Assembly: GCF_004010195.1 (NCBI RefSeq)
Contig: NC_057711.1
Span: 72,505,175-72,569,174, forward strand
DNA: 64,000 nt
DNA from: Chiloscyllium plagiosum
Lineage: Eukaryota
Reading direction: 5' to 3'
Numbering within the stretch: the first letter of the stretch is position 1; the number at the start of each line of letters is the position of its first letter. A program made the position numbers and the translations under genes. The notes under the pieces are model-generated. The model was not told where the DNA came from and did no database searches. It saw nothing but the letters and a program-made list of their open reading frames with translations. Below are positions 12,100 through 25,843 of the stretch, piece after piece.

Positions 12100-12465
12100 A
12101 TTGAAACGTATCGGATTCACAAGGGATTTGATAAGGTCAATGCTGAGAGGATGTTTCCTCTCACGGGAGAGTCTAGGACCTGAAGACATTGTGTCAGAAG
12201 AAAGGGGCACAAATTTAAGACTGAAGTGAAGAGCAATTTCTTCTATCAGAGGATTGTGATTCTTTGGAACTCCTTGCCACAAAGAGCTTCAGTGGGAGAG
12301 GCTTTGTGGATATTTATATTTGAGGTAGATCTGTAGGGCAATCAAGAGTTATGGGGAAATGGCAGGAAAGTGGACATGAAGAATATCGGATTAGCCATGA
12401 TCCTACTGAATGGTGGTGAAAGTTTGAGGGGAAGAATGGCCTACTCCTGCTTCTATTTCTTATGG
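12100..12465 (+). mobile_element. Degenerate CR1 3' fragment
   Basis: gagtctaggacc..aatttcttctatcagagg..tggaactccttgccac..gaatggcctactcctgcttctatttcttatg. Confidence 0.75.
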
Positions 12466-12559
12466 TTTAATGGTGTTATCACCATTCCAACTGGGAACTA
12501 CGTCAGTGTAGATTCACCGTTACTGTGTCAAAATCCTGGAGCTACATCCTTTACATACT

Positions 12560-12796
12560 TTCATAGCTCCTTGAAAGTGGAGTCACAGGTAGATAGGATA
12601 GTGAAGAAGGCGTTTGGTATGCTTTGCTTTATTGGTCAGAGTATTGAGTACAGGAGTTGGGAGGTCATGCTACGGCTGTACAGGACATTGGTTAGGCCAC
12701 TGTTGGAATATTGCATGCAATTCTGGTCTCCTTCCTATTGGAAAGATGTTGTGAAACTTGAAAGGGTTCAGAAAAGATTTGCAAGGATGTTGCCAG
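12560..12796 (+). mobile_element. HER1/CR1 ORF2 fragment truncated by an assembly gap
   Basis: SLKVESQVDRIVKKAFGML..LVRPLLEYCMQFWSP. Confidence 0.9.
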
Positions 12797-13542
12797 NNNN
12801 NNNNNNNNNNNNNNNNNNNNNNNNNNNNNNNNNNNNNNNNNNNNNNNNNNNNNNNNNNNNNNNNNNNNNNNNNNNNNNNNNNNNNNNNNNNNNNNNNNNN
12901 NNNNNNNNNNNNNNNNNNNNNNNNNNNNNNNNNNNNNNNNNNNNNNNNNNNNNNNNNNNNNNNNNNNNNNNNNNNNNNNNNNNNNNNNNNNNNNNNNNNN
13001 NNNNNNNNNNNNNNNNNNNNNNNNNNNNNNNNNNNNNNNNNNNNNNNNNNNNNNNNNNNNNNNNNNNNNNNNNNNNNNNNNNNNNNNNNNNNNNNNNNNN
13101 NNNNNNNNNNNNNNNNNNNNNNNNNNNNNNNNNNNNNNNNNNNNNNNNNNNNNNNNNNNNNNNNNNNNNNNNNNNNNNNNNNNNNNNNNNNNNNNNNNNN
13201 NNNNNNNNNNNNNNNNNNNNNNNNNNNNNNNNNNNNNNNNNNNNNNNNNNNNNNNNNNNNNNNNNNNNNNNNNNNNNNNNNNNNNNNNNNNNNNNNNNNN
13301 NNNNNNNNNNNNNNNNNNNNNNNNNNNNNNNNNNNNNNNNNNNNNNNNNNNNNNNNNNNNNNNNNNNNNNNNNNNNNNNNNNNNNNNNNNNNNNNNNNNN
13401 NNNNNNNNNNNNNNNNNNNNNNNNNNNNNNNNNNNNNNNNNNNNNNNNNNNNNNNNNNNNNNNNNNNNNNNNNNNNNNNNNNNNNNNNNNNNNNNNNNNN
13501 NNNNNNNNNNNNNNNNNNNNNNNNNNNNNNNNNNNNNNNNNN
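12797..13542. other. Assembly gap (N run)
   Basis: Run of n. Confidence 1.
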
Positions 13543-13680
13543 TGCGTGTGTCTGTGTGTATGTGTAAGAGAGTGTGTGTGTATGCCTGTGTGTCTGTCTC
13601 TGTGTGTCTGTGTCTGTGTATGTGTCTGTGTGTGTGTCTTTGTGTCTATGTATGTGTGAGAGAGTGTGTGTGTGTGTGCG
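13543..13680. repeat. Imperfect (TG)n microsatellite
   Basis: tgtgtgtctgtgtgta.. directly abutting the gap. Confidence 0.95.
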
Positions 13681-14267
13681 CAGCCAGCATTTGACTATAA
13701 GCTGATATTACACCAGTTTGAGCAAAACCGTTGCTTTTTTCTTGGAAGCCTTATTTATGTTAATGAAACTATATGGGAAGAAAGATGTTAAAAAGAGATT
13801 AAAAAATTAAAACAAAGACATTTAATTATAAAGAACATAACCAGTGAAGTATGAAAAAACTATCACTGCTGTTTGAAATATTAGGACCATTATTGTCCTT
13901 TTTTTGGCTTAATGTTTTAAAATTGCTCTATAATACTTGAATTCTAGTTGTCACATTCAATGGTTATTCTGGCATATGAAATTTGAATTGCTCCAAAACA
14001 CACAAAGTTCTGGGTTTTTTTGGTGCTCCATATAATCTGCATGAATTGTTGCTGCTGAACTGATTTCAAATGTAAATTGTTACCATTTCCTTTATTACAC
14101 ATAGGCACCAATTGGATAAGTGCCAGTGATGTGTGTCAATGGACTGAACAGCCAGTCACTCCATTATGCCTGCTGCACCACATCTCAGTAACATCCCATA
14201 CGTCTACTGCTTTCTATCAAATGTGTTTGAGATATCGTACCCAATGATCTGCCACTTGTATGAGTGA

Positions 14268-14385
14268 TCATAAGACCATAAGACGTGAGAGCAGAAGTAG
14301 GCCATTCAGCCCATTGAGAAAGCTCTACCATTTAATGAGATCATGGTTGATCTGATAACTCTCAATTTCATTCTTTTTCCCATAG
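14268..14385 (-). mobile_element. CR1 3' tail fragment
   Basis: cataagaccataagacgtgagagcagaagtaggccattcagccc; same family as 63730-64000. Confidence 0.75.
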
Positions 14386-14598
14386 CCTAGAACTAATTCC
14401 CCTTCAATTATTCGGGCCTAATGTCATTGGAAATTCCAGGGCCAGCTCATTTCAGTCTTGCTGGAGGGGGCACAGACACATTGTCACCTGTCATCTGGCA
14501 ATGTGATGTCAACAAATGAAGCATTTACAGCTGCAGAATCCTATATTCTCATGCCAGCAATCAGTAAGCCAAAATCTGAATCAAAATCTGCAAGGAAG

Positions 14599-14760
14599 AT
14601 GAGAGTAAAGTATTTTTCAGGTAAAGATATAAATATGGTTCTGACTGAAATTAGGCACAGGGAGATCTTTGTAATAGTGAGTATACAAAATGAGGACCCT
14701 GCCAATAAAACAACAAGAAGGACCATTTGGATGGAGGCAACATAAGTAATGAGCAGCAAG
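14599..14760 (+). pseudogene. Possible Harbinger Myb/SANT ORF remnant
   Basis: RVKYFSGKDINMVLTEIRHREIF..RTIWMEAT resembles the Myb/SANT-like F(S)xxDLxxLLxEV..W pattern. Confidence 0.45.
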
Positions 14761-15249
14761 ATCCCAGAAATTATTCCAATACAAGTCAGGGTATGGGACC
14801 ATCTTGGCATCTTGGGACAGTCGTGATCAGGAACTATCTAGAGATGGTCTACCAGTGTCAATTCAGACAGCCATCTGAACCTGCTCTCAAACAATCATTT
14901 GCAAAGCCACATACCTGAAACAGCTACCATTTCTGTGGAAGAGATCCCCTTCTACCCTAATAGCCTTAACAATGTTGTGTTTTCCAAACATTTTCCAAAG
15001 TTTCACTCATCTATCCACGAGTAATTCAGTTTTGATGAGCTCTTGCTCCCAGCCACAGCGTTGCCTACTTCATCGATTAGGGTTCCGAGCCATACAATGT
15101 TGCGGGGACTTTCATTGCATCTCCTGCATCATGATTCCTCCATGCCATCATTAAGTGGATGGCAAATCCAGATGTGGCCTGATATCTGGCTAAATTCTAT
15201 ATGAACACAACACCATCTGAACAGCAGACACCAGTAGGGCTCAGAAAAA

Positions 15250-15705
15250 ACGCCTTACTGAAGTCCATATAGATCATGTCAACCAATCTACCCTTGTCAA
15301 TCCTCTGTTACTTTTTCAAAAAGCTCAATCAAGTTTGTGAGACATGATTTCCTACACACAGAGCCATGTTGACGATCCCTAATCTGTCCTTGCCTTTCCA
15401 AATACCTGTAAATCCTGTCCCTCAGGATTCCCTCCAACAACTTGCCCACCACCAACGTCAGGCTCACTGGTCTATAGTTCCCTGGCTTATCCTTACCCCC
15501 CTTCAATAATGGTACCACATTAGCCAACATCCAGACTTCTAACACCTCACCTGTGACTATCGATGATACAAATATCTCAGCAAGAGGCCCAGCAATCACT
15601 TCCCTAGCTTCCCACGGAGTTCTAGGGTACACCTGATCAGGTCCTAGGGATTTATTCACTTTCATTTGTTTCAAGGTATCCAGCACATCCTCCTCTGCAA
15701 TATGA
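15250..15705 (-). mobile_element. CR1/HER1 RT fragment
   Basis: GPDQVYPR..PGNYRPVSLTLVVGKLLE..QHG..KSCLTNLIELFEKVT. Confidence 0.9.
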
Positions 15706-16619
15706 AAATCCTGCCTGCCTGAAGGTATATTGCCAGGACTTACAGGTTGTTAACTAAGCGGTTTGATCAAATGTGAAACCGTATTCTGTAGCAATCAAAT
15801 TCTAGATTTTGGCTCAGTAGCAGGCACACTACCCACACCACCACAAGACCTCCCACAGCATCTATGCATGAAGATATATTAATTAAACACATGCAACTTT
15901 CAGCAATTAATTCATGTCCGTCACAACCTCACTATTACTGCAGGAACTCTACTATGAAAGGAATACAAACTGGAAAATAATTGTCAATTAAAACACCGGC
16001 AACTGACAATACAAGTATCCATTTGTCGATCTTGAAAAGATTGTACACCATTCCCAAAGATGACCAGCTACAGCAGGAAGGATAATGGTAAAATAAACCC
16101 TACAAACTCACCCAGCTAATGTGAAGAGGATGGAGTCATGTGAGGACTTGATGTGACAGATGCTTTGTGCTGACTGAATGCCATTGGTTAAAAATCTGAG
16201 CTGGTTATTCTTATACAAGACGCAAACTCTGAGGAGACAATTACTGGAGCTGATCAGGAAAGAAAACAACAGATAGCAGAAAACATCTTGTTGTTCTCAT
16301 TCTCATCACTAAAGTAATCAGAATCAAGAAACATATTGGAGAGTGAGACAGGTCAATGCCAGAACATTTAGAATTTGGCATTTACCCATTCTGCCATAAC
16401 CCATAACCACTTGGATCAGCCCAGATCCAGTCAGATCCAGATACGGTCTCGATGATGAATTGACATAGGTTGGATAATGAGGTACCTAAAGATGTCAGGG
16501 CTCAGCTGTTGAATATTCAGATAATAATCCAGAGATCCTATTATGTTCAGATTCATGTTGAGTTCAGAGGTATAAGATAAACACAGTACCACCATTACTG
16601 ACTGAGTCTATTCCTTAAG

Positions 16620-17015
16620 GACAGATCTGTCAGACTAGGAGTTTGGCAGGTGGTGAGGAAACCAACAAGGAGAAAAAACCTATTTGATCCTGCTCTCCCC
16701 AATCTGCTTATCACACATGCATCAGTCTATATCAGTATTGATGGAAGTGCACATTGCACAGTCCTCATGGAGTCAAAGTCCCATCTTCACACTGAGGATA
16801 CTATGTATTGTGATGTATTACGTTATTATCTGGATAAATGAAAGAGTCAGAACAGAGCTCAGTTCAAAACTAGGCACCCATGCGGAGCTGTGAGCTATCA
16901 ACACATGGACTGCAGTTGTTCAAGAAGGCACACTCATACCACCTTCTCAAGTGCAATAATGGATGGGCTGCACATGCTAGCTTGAACAACAATGCCCATA
17001 TTCCATGAGTTTCTT
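16620..17015 (+). mobile_element. Degenerate LINE pieces (endonuclease remnant joined to 3' tail)
   Basis: VVRKPTRRKNLFD..L resembles APE PTR..N.LDL; tail caccttctcaagtgcaat..gcccatattccatga. Confidence 0.55.
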
Positions 17016-20000
17016 TTTTTAAAAACAGGAACAATGCTGAGGCTTCGGAAATTCCAGCCCTCTGATTAAGCTGATTACATCCGGGGTCTGCCCCACTGCT
17101 CAGAATGGAACAGCAGCTCCATGGATAGCCAATTAGGATCCTGTCTGAGGTCAAGTTGCTGAACAGATCTTGCTGCTGGCAAGTGAAGTCTCAGGATCAG
17201 CTCATTATCCCTTAGGGTCCCAAGTCTTCTTGTAAAATTCAGCCCATTCTGTTTTACGTATGCTCCACAGGATCATTAGCTTACTGTGATTCATTTGGAA
17301 TGACATTTGTTCGATGCATTATTAATATATTGCTTATGATGAATAAAAGTGTTTATTTTAAAGTGTTAAACTAAAATAAATCTTTGTTGACATGATGCTC
17401 AAGCTTCCACTTTGGTTCTTATTTTCTGCAGTAATGGATCTATAAATAATGCCATTTTTGATATGCATCTAAAATAAACAGAGATGAAATGAGAACTTAA
17501 TGACTACTCTGACCATTGTTCTCCAGAATTTAATTTGATGCAGCTCTACACAGCTCTACATGGTCTACAAGGAGTAGAAGACATTTCACAAAGACTTTGC
17601 TATCTTTTATAAAAAAGATAAATAAATTAAAATGCTTCACATACTTGAGTTTTGATGATTTTTGCCAAGGAAAGTTATATCTCAACCTGCTTCAATGTGG
17701 GGATGGGGAAAGTAAAAAAATTAATATACTGTATTAAAACTCTGGGGAATCATTATAATGTTTCTTTGAATGTTTTCAATTTTTTTCTCCAATTTTCTCT
17801 GCATGGCTATGGCTTGGATATCGGCCTGGATCTTGTCTTTCCCTCTGATACGTTAACAAAGTCTTCAAGAATAAGTTAAAAATAAGCTAAATCATCAATG
17901 ACTGACTATGAAGACATCATGACCAAATATAGTCGTGCTTTGAGATAACATCCTGCTATTCACTCTTTTCAGCAATGGTTATGAATTCAAATCAAGGTAT
18001 TTTTCATTTCATCCCAAAGGTTCTGAAGATATAGTAGAGACCTTTCTATTGTCCTTGTAGACAATCTGTTAACACAGATTGGTGATCAAACAAATGTCTT
18101 TCTGACTCTGCACTTGTCAATGCCACATTAGATAACTTCTGACAACTGAACTACTTGAGAACAAATTAAACTAATTGCAAACATTATATAAGGAATTCAC
18201 AGATGAGAACTATGGGTATTTATTGTTTGTTTGCTCAGTTATCCTTCTGAGTAGTGAAAACATAATTTGTTCATGATAACTAAGAAATGTTGTCTATGTT
18301 TTCTATCATGCTTGTTCCTTTGGCAAAATGGCAACTGAGTGGTCAACAATGGCACATTCTAGACCATAGCATTGTTTTCAGTACATGCTTGTTATTTTGA
18401 ATGTTTGAAATATTTATTATGAGAAAAACAAATCACTAGATATAAAAATAAATAAGCACACGAAGTAAATATTATTTCAATGTACAAGACCTGTCAACAT
18501 ATTTTTGACCTTGAGGTAATTTTCTCTGAGTAGAGACAACAGCAAAATAAATCTACACAGATCTAATGAAAAATGGGTTTTGTCAGCAACACAAGAGAGA
18601 GATATCTCTGAAGAATAACTTCACTCTTTAAATAAAACATCACTGAAACTATTTTCTCTTGCTCTGCTCAATTTAATGATGACCTCTATAAATTTTGTAG
18701 AGCAGCGGGCCTCTGCAGCTGCTTAGAAAGTGCAACTGTAGCACAATACCAGAGTAGTAATTAAAAACAGGATTCTTGCAGAAAATTACTCAGCCAGCTG
18801 CATGGCACTTCTCGCTGTTGGTTGCCTTTGTAAAATAAAACCATTTTGATTGTAATAATGACATGCAACAACTGTGAATGAACCAATCTTTCTGGCTTTG
18901 TGAAATGGTGGACTATTGCAGCAGAATTCAATAATATTACTGAGCCTTAATAGTGGCAACAACATAAGATGCTTGAACAGTATTACAGACAGTTCAGATG
19001 GTAGATCAATAGTGCTGCCAGACAACAAAGTCACTGCTTTGTAACATAAGAAAAACACAAGGCTGCATATGATTGAAATCTTTCTGTCTGTGATGACCCT
19101 AAAACATATGCAATTGAATGTTGAACCAAATAATATAGCATTAAGAGTAATGTACTATCATTTATTATTGAGAATATAATGTACAATTTATGGATTATAT
19201 TAATCACGTTAGTTACTTCATTGCCAAATTTCTGCTACTCCCGATATAAACCCAATATTACTTTGACCTATTATATTCAAATATACATCAAGATCAATGT
19301 CACTCAGTATGTATTTTGTTCAAAACATATTATGCCTTTTATACCTGGTAATGTGTTAATTTAATGACTGTTGGTTAGAATTTTGTGCAGTTAAATCAAT
19401 GGTAACAATAACAGCTAAAGGTGCACCCAATTACATCAAGCTATAAATGAATAAACATATTATCAAGATTAAAATCAACTCATGTAAAAAAAGAATGTTG
19501 AACACATGGATTTCTTTAAAGCAAGCCAGTTCAGTGAACCTTGTAAAAAACTCCACGAAGGGTCAGCAATCCCTTCTTACACTGAACATCAGGAGGCTTG
19601 CACATCCTTACACAAAGCTAACAGCAGCAGCCACTGTGACCTTTAATATGCAATGTTATTGTCGTACTGTTTTATAGGTTAGAGTAGCAATAAAAATGTT
19701 GGCTTAAGAAAGGAAAGCAAAACAATAGAAAGAAGATACTGGTATGTACTCAGAAATATCATCAAAGTGAATATTTTAGCTGTTATTTTTCATCATGCTC
19801 TTAACTTGCTGATATTGGGAAAAGAGGTGGTAGTTTGTCTCCAGTATCAGTGCTTTCCACCTATCTTTGTCTCCTCTGAGATTCTAAGTGCACGGTTGTG
19901 ATGCTATTGCCTTATGCTGCTGGCTGTGTCTTCTTAATGCATAACAGTTATTACTTCTGGTTTGAACAGGTAGCACTTTACTAGGACTTTTCTTTACCCA

Positions 20001-20445
20001 CTATTGGTATGCTGTATGTCTGTATTGAAGGTATTAAACTATCATATGATTATTTTATGGCAGGATTTGTATGAGTGTGAGGACTTAGAAGAATTTAATA
20101 AACCCAATTGAACCTGCATTAAAGGAGTAAAATTTATCTTGAGCACAAGTAATGATTAACAAATCTGCTATAGTTTTACATTCTGCCTGTCTCTGTTCGT
20201 GGACAAGAAAATAGGAAACTGTGTAAAATAGGCTGTTAGTTCACTATTGCATATTTTATACTTTTGCCTGAGACAGGCATCATCAGAGCTAACCAGTTAA
20301 CCTAACGTGTCAAATACATTCATGAATCAGCTTTTCACAACAACCCTTAGTGTGAAAGCCTTAGGATTGTGGCACATTTGTATAAATGAGTCAACATATC
20401 ATTCTAAGTTATCTTTCATAGCTTTTTGATAGGCTTTTTTAAAAA

Positions 20446-20750
20446 TAGAATCCCCACAGTGTGGAAACAGGCCATTCAGCCCAACAGGGTCCACACCAAC
20501 CCTCTGAAGAGTAACCCACTCAGACCCATCCCCATCCTCTATCCCTGCATTTCCCATGGCTAATGCACCTAACCTACACATCCCTGAACACCACAAGTAA
20601 ATTTAGCATGGCCAATCCACCTAACGTACACATCTTTGGACTGTGGCAGGAAACTAGAACACCCGGCAGAAACCCACACAGACAGGGAGAACATGCACAC
20701 TCCACACAGACTAAGGTCCCTGCCACTGGGAGGCAGCAGTGCTAACCTCT
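20446..20750 (-). mobile_element. HE1-type SINE
   Basis: gtggaaacaggcc..tttagcatggccaatccacctaac..ggcagcagtgctaacc. Confidence 0.85.
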
Positions 20751-21104
20751 GCTGCTCTTCATTTAATGCTAATCATCTGGCACATTCAAATATGTGTATG
20801 GCCGAAGTTTCCACACCTTTTGCAAAATTTCATTTTCTGCAAGATTGATGGCAGATGACCCATGTTGATGCTTCTCGTGCAATCTCCCGCTCCTCAATTC
20901 ATTAATTAAGCAACCAGACTTGTTGGCACACACATTATGCCATCATGTGGAAGACATGAGATGAGTATTTGCCAACGCCAGTTAGCTGTGACATTCATGT
21001 CGCTGATGCCACATTCTAGCCCCAGCTCCACAGCAATCTAGCTGCTGTAAGCCAGGGTCTGGCCTTCTCCCCCTGTGCTCCACCACTGCAAACCATCCAC
21101 AAAG

Positions 21105-21307
21105 GGAGCTGCCACCTCGTTTCTCTAACAGGTCCTGGTGGACAAAATGGTTAAGAGGAAGGATGTTCTCCTTCCTCCTGACCGTTAAATGAGGCAACTC
21201 CAGCAGACCCTTTCAGTCTAGGTGGAGATAGGTACGCAGTCAGTGCTGTCTCCAGGGTGAAAAGAAATGCTCCACAGTTCCACAAGAAGGTTCTGCACCT
21301 CACAAGG
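21105..21307 (+). pseudogene. Harbinger Myb/SANT partner ORF, first exon remnant
   Basis: PPRFSN..VLVDKMVKRKDVLLPPD..VSAVSRVKRNAPQFHKKV, ending at donor-like AGG|GTAAAT (21308). Confidence 0.7.
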
Positions 21308-21640
21308 GTAAATGCTACCATCTTCATTCTGCTACCTCACATTTGCAGGGCCACCCCTCACTAACTCTGCCATTGCACACACCTCCCACTAAGGCTTTTA
21401 GATTTCAACTCTCAGTATTGCATGTGGGTTGTCCACTCAGTGGCTCTCACCCATCTCATTCTTCCAAGCTACTAACTCTTCATACCCTCTGTGCTTCCTA
21501 CTCACTTGCCAGGGACCCCTCACTACTCTCCTGCCCCGACCTTGCCAGTAATAACATTCCCATCCACTTCCATCGTTCTCAGTCTTGCCCAGAGGACCAC
21601 AGCCTCACAGATGCTGGCCTTCAGCCAAATCAAATCACTC

Positions 21641-23256
21641 CAGGTGATATTTAGAATGCATTGGATACTGAAAAGGCTGTTGGCCGTGACAATAACAATG
21701 TTGAAGACAATGTGCTCCAGAACTTGATGCACCCCTGACCAAACAGATCTAGACCGGCTACAACAGCAACATTTACCTGACAGCATGGATGATTGCACAC
21801 TATCTCCTGTACACAAAACGCTGGACAAACCCAACTCAGCGAATTATTGCTCCATCAGTCTATTATCAATTATCGTTAAAGTGATGAAAGGTGTTATCTA
21901 CAGTGCTATCCGGCACCACTTACTGCGAAATAACTTGCTCAGTGTCACCGAGTTTGGGTTCTGCCAGGGCCACTCAGCTCCTGACCTCATTGCAGCCTTG
22001 GTACAAACATGGACAAAAAGAACTGAATCCTGGAGGTGAGGTGACAGAGTCTGCCCATGATATCAAGACAACTGTTGACTGAATGTGGCATCAAGAAGCT
22101 TTAGCAAAACTGAAATTGACTGGCACACAGGAAGATGGTTGTAGTTGTTGGAGGTCAGTCATCTCAGCTCCAAGACATCACTGCAAGATTTCCTCAGAGT
22201 AATGTCCTCAGCCCAACCATCTCCAGCTGCTTGATCAATGAGTTTCCCTCCATTATAAGTTCAAAAGTGGGGATGTTAATTGATGATTGCACAATGTTTA
22301 GCATCAATCACATTTCCTCAGATCCAGGTGCAGTCTCAAATGCAGCAAAACCTGGACAACATCAGGCTTGGGCTGAAAATTGGCAAATAACATTCATGCC
22401 GCACAAGTGCCAGGCTATGACTATCTCCAATAAGAGAGAATTGAACTTTTGCTCCTTGACAATCAATGGCATTACCATCACTGAATCCAAACTAACCACA
22501 TTTTGGGGGTTATCACTGAATTCAGAAACTGAACTGGAATAAGTTGAGATGACAAGTAGCAAATAGCATTTGCACCACACGAATATCAGGGAATGACCAT
22601 TTCCAGAGCAAGAGAGATTCTAAACATTGTCCCTTTACATTCAATAGTATTACCATCACGAGCTATATTAATGCTGTGCCTACAAGAATAATTCAGAGGC
22701 AAGGAGTTTGCAATGAGTAACTCATCTTCTGATTCTCCAGAGCCTATCCATCATCTACAAAGCACAAATCAGGAGTGTGATGCACTAATCTGGGTAGGTG
22801 CAGCTCTAACAACACTCAAGAAATTTGACACCAACCAGGACAAAGCAATCTGCTTGAATGGCATCACATCCATCAACACACAGTCCTTCCACCACTAGCA
22901 TGCAGGAGCATCAGTTTATGCTGTCTACAAGATACACAAAAGAATTCATCAAGAGTATTCAGATTATACCTTCCAAGCCCATGATCACTAGCATCTGGAA
23001 GGACAAGGGCAAGAGATACATGGGAGCATCACAACCTGCAAGTTCCCCTCCAAGCCACTCACCATCCTGACTTGGAAATATATCGCCATTCATTCAGTGT
23101 CATTGGGTAAAAACATGGTGTTGTGGGTCTACCTACAGCACATGAACTGCAGCAGTTCAAGAAAGCAGCTTACTACTTTCCTCTTCAAGGCAAACTCGGG
23201 ACTGACAATAAATGTTAGCCAGCCAGTAACACCAATATCCCGCGAATGAATAAAAA
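21641..23256 (+). mobile_element. LINE (CR1/L2 group) RT and 3' end, decayed
   Basis: DKPNSANYCSISLLS, EFGFCQGHSAPD, FPQSNVLSP, MLIDDCT; tail caataaatgttagcc..gaatgaataaaaa. Confidence 0.85.
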
Positions 23257-23332
23257 CCACCTTAATCTCTCCCTTTATTTCATTGCACGAAAAATGTCAT
23301 ACAACTGAATTGAGGGAGTCAAGACTGCTGAG

Positions 23333-23636
23333 AGTCATAGAGTCATAAAGATGCACAGCATGGAAACAGATTCTTCGGTCCAACCTGTCCATGCCGACCA
23401 GATAAGCCAACCCAATCTAGTCCCACCTGCCAGCACCCGGCCCATATCCTTCCAAACCCTTCCTATACATATACCCATCCAAATGCCTCTTAAATGTTGC
23501 AATTGTACCAGCCTCCACCACTTCCTCTGACAGCTCATTCCATACACGTACCACCCTCTGTGTGAAAAAGTTGCCCCTTAGGTGTCTTTTATATCTTTCC
23601 CCTCTCACCCTAAACCTATGCCCTCTAGTTCTGGAC
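23333..23636 (-). mobile_element. HER1/CR1 3' fragment
   Basis: SRTRGHRFRVRGERYK..FFTQRVVRVWNEL; gagtcatagagtcat tail. Confidence 0.92.
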
Positions 23637-23852
23637 ACCATGGCCTCAGGGAAAAGCTGGTGAGCGTAATGTTTCTCATCCTGTAAGAGGAAAGGTGCTG
23701 GATTGGCTGAGGAAGAGGATGACTATGTGGGAATGTCATATACCTCACAATTATATTTCATTGTGCGATTCATGCCAGAAATAATTCATTTTTAATCGTA
23801 ACAGACACTTATCCCTTTCTCACAACTAATTCCCTTCATTTCTTGTATGCAA

Positions 23853-24203
23853 GGGAGGCAAGATCCTGGCAGTATTATCACTAGATTGTTAATTCAGAGA
23901 CCTGCATGATTTTCTGGGGACTTGAGTTTGAATTCTATGGGGTCTTATGGTGGAATTTGAATTCAATTTTAAAAATCTGGAATTAAGTTTAATGACACCT
24001 ATGAAAGATTGCCGATTATTATGAAAACCCATTTGGTTCACCCATGTCTTTTAGGGGAGGAAATCTGCCATCTTTACCTGGTCTGACCTTCATGTGGCTC
24101 CAACAGCAATGTGGTTGACTCTTAACTGCCCTCGAGGAGATTAGGGGTGGGTGATAAATGCAGGCCAAGTCAGGGACACCCACACAGAAAAATAACAAAA
24201 AAA
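23853..24203 (+). mobile_element. Deu/SacSINE-like SINE (second copy)
   Basis: Similar throughout to 6738-7100 (ggaaatctgcc..cagcaatgtggttgactcttaactgcc). Confidence 0.7.
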
Positions 24204-25843
24204 CTGATTAAAGCAAGGCACAGGTGGGAGGCAGAAATCTGGAAAAGAAGAAGGGAGCACTGGAGACCCTCAGCTCCAACTCCACTCTGCAGAGGACATT
24301 GCCCTAGCCTCAGAGGATGCAATGGCAGGACATTCACCTGCACCTTCAGAGGGCAGAGACTCCCACCTTGGATAGTATTGCTTTGAAATTAGATTCAGGA
24401 GTGTGATCTGGTGAACATGTCTCCACAGCTTTTCAAAGAAGAAATACCCAGCTCGCTGGCACTCAGAGAACTGCCAGAAACCAGGCATCCACTGAACCCT
24501 AAATGGGAGATGATCCTATGGATTTGGCCATTAATGACTTCAATAAAATTCACAGAGATGGTCAGGAACAGCAGTCAGAATTGTCAAAGACAGTTGGTAA
24601 ACTGAATCATGTGTTGCAGGAATATACAACAGGAACAGGATTTACATTGGCTCTGGCATTATGTACCTGGCTGCCTCTAGGTGGAGGCTGGCTTTTGCCA
24701 TGGAGAGCCAGGCCTAGTACACTCAGTGTCTGCTGGATATCTGCATGGGCATGCACACTGTTACTATGGCCATTGGTCTCATTGAGGAGGGAGGGGGCTA
24801 TTGCAAGGGATTCTAATCTCAGTCCATCTGCTCCTTCCTCTGAAGGAGACCTGGTGATGCCAACAGGCACCTAAACAAAGGAGGAGCCACTCCCAGGACT
24901 CTTAGATGCTTCCTTTCATGACAATCAGGAGGACCGTCCACCTTTCCCCGACTTGTGATACAGGAACCTATGGGCAATGTATCAGTCACCAGAATGAGAT
25001 GAATCAACTGTATTACTGTCATTCAAAATTGTAAGATATGCAATGAGAACTTCAAATCTCCATTCTCTCTCATAACTCAGTGGTGTGCAAAGAAAAGCTG
25101 CACAAAGCACTGCCTCTCTGAGGTTAAATGCTCTCCAACAAGAGGTCCAAACATTTCAGCAACATTTACCAATCTTTGCAAACTCTAAGTCATTAAAGCT
25201 GATGCTTCAGAGATGCTTTATGATTGCTTACAACCTGCTGGCCCCATTATGGGGGACATCAGTTGGATTCTATAAGCTGGTCGAAGCCTTAAAAGCAATC
25301 TAAGCTCAGTAACGTGTAGCACTGGTGTCAGTCTCACTGACTACTGCTGTCTCCAAAAAAGTGAGGAGGACCTTTAGGTGAAAATACTTCAAGATGGGAT
25401 CAACTGAAGATACTACACTTACAATCATAGCAAAATATATATATAAACCTCAACACCAAAGTTCAAGGAGTACAAAAGTAATCAGGTGCGCATGTATTGT
25501 GGACTGGCCATGAGCTACATGCCATATCAGGCAGTTAGACAATGAAAGGATGTCCAAACTTAGCGCCTTCCTTCCAGACATAGGCCTCAATGAGGTTCTA
25601 TCTGGCTCTTACTTGACAGTGCATAGTTCTATCAAGATCTCATAGATGTCCCTCCAGGTCATTATCCTCTCCTCATCTGTAGAGGATTACTCTCAATTCT
25701 CCATTTTGTCTGCACCCAAGACATCCTCTTTTTACTGGCTCTAGTCCTGAGGGGCATAGCCTGCAATGATGATACGGCGCACTTTTCTAGGAGTATTACA
25801 CAGCCCCATCAGTGTGGTCCAGGGTTTCAAACCCCATCCTGAG

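Noticed and set aside
12370..13659. 429-aa and 269-aa ORFs
   Set aside because: Artefacts of translating through the N gap; the flanks are CR1 and a TG microsatellite
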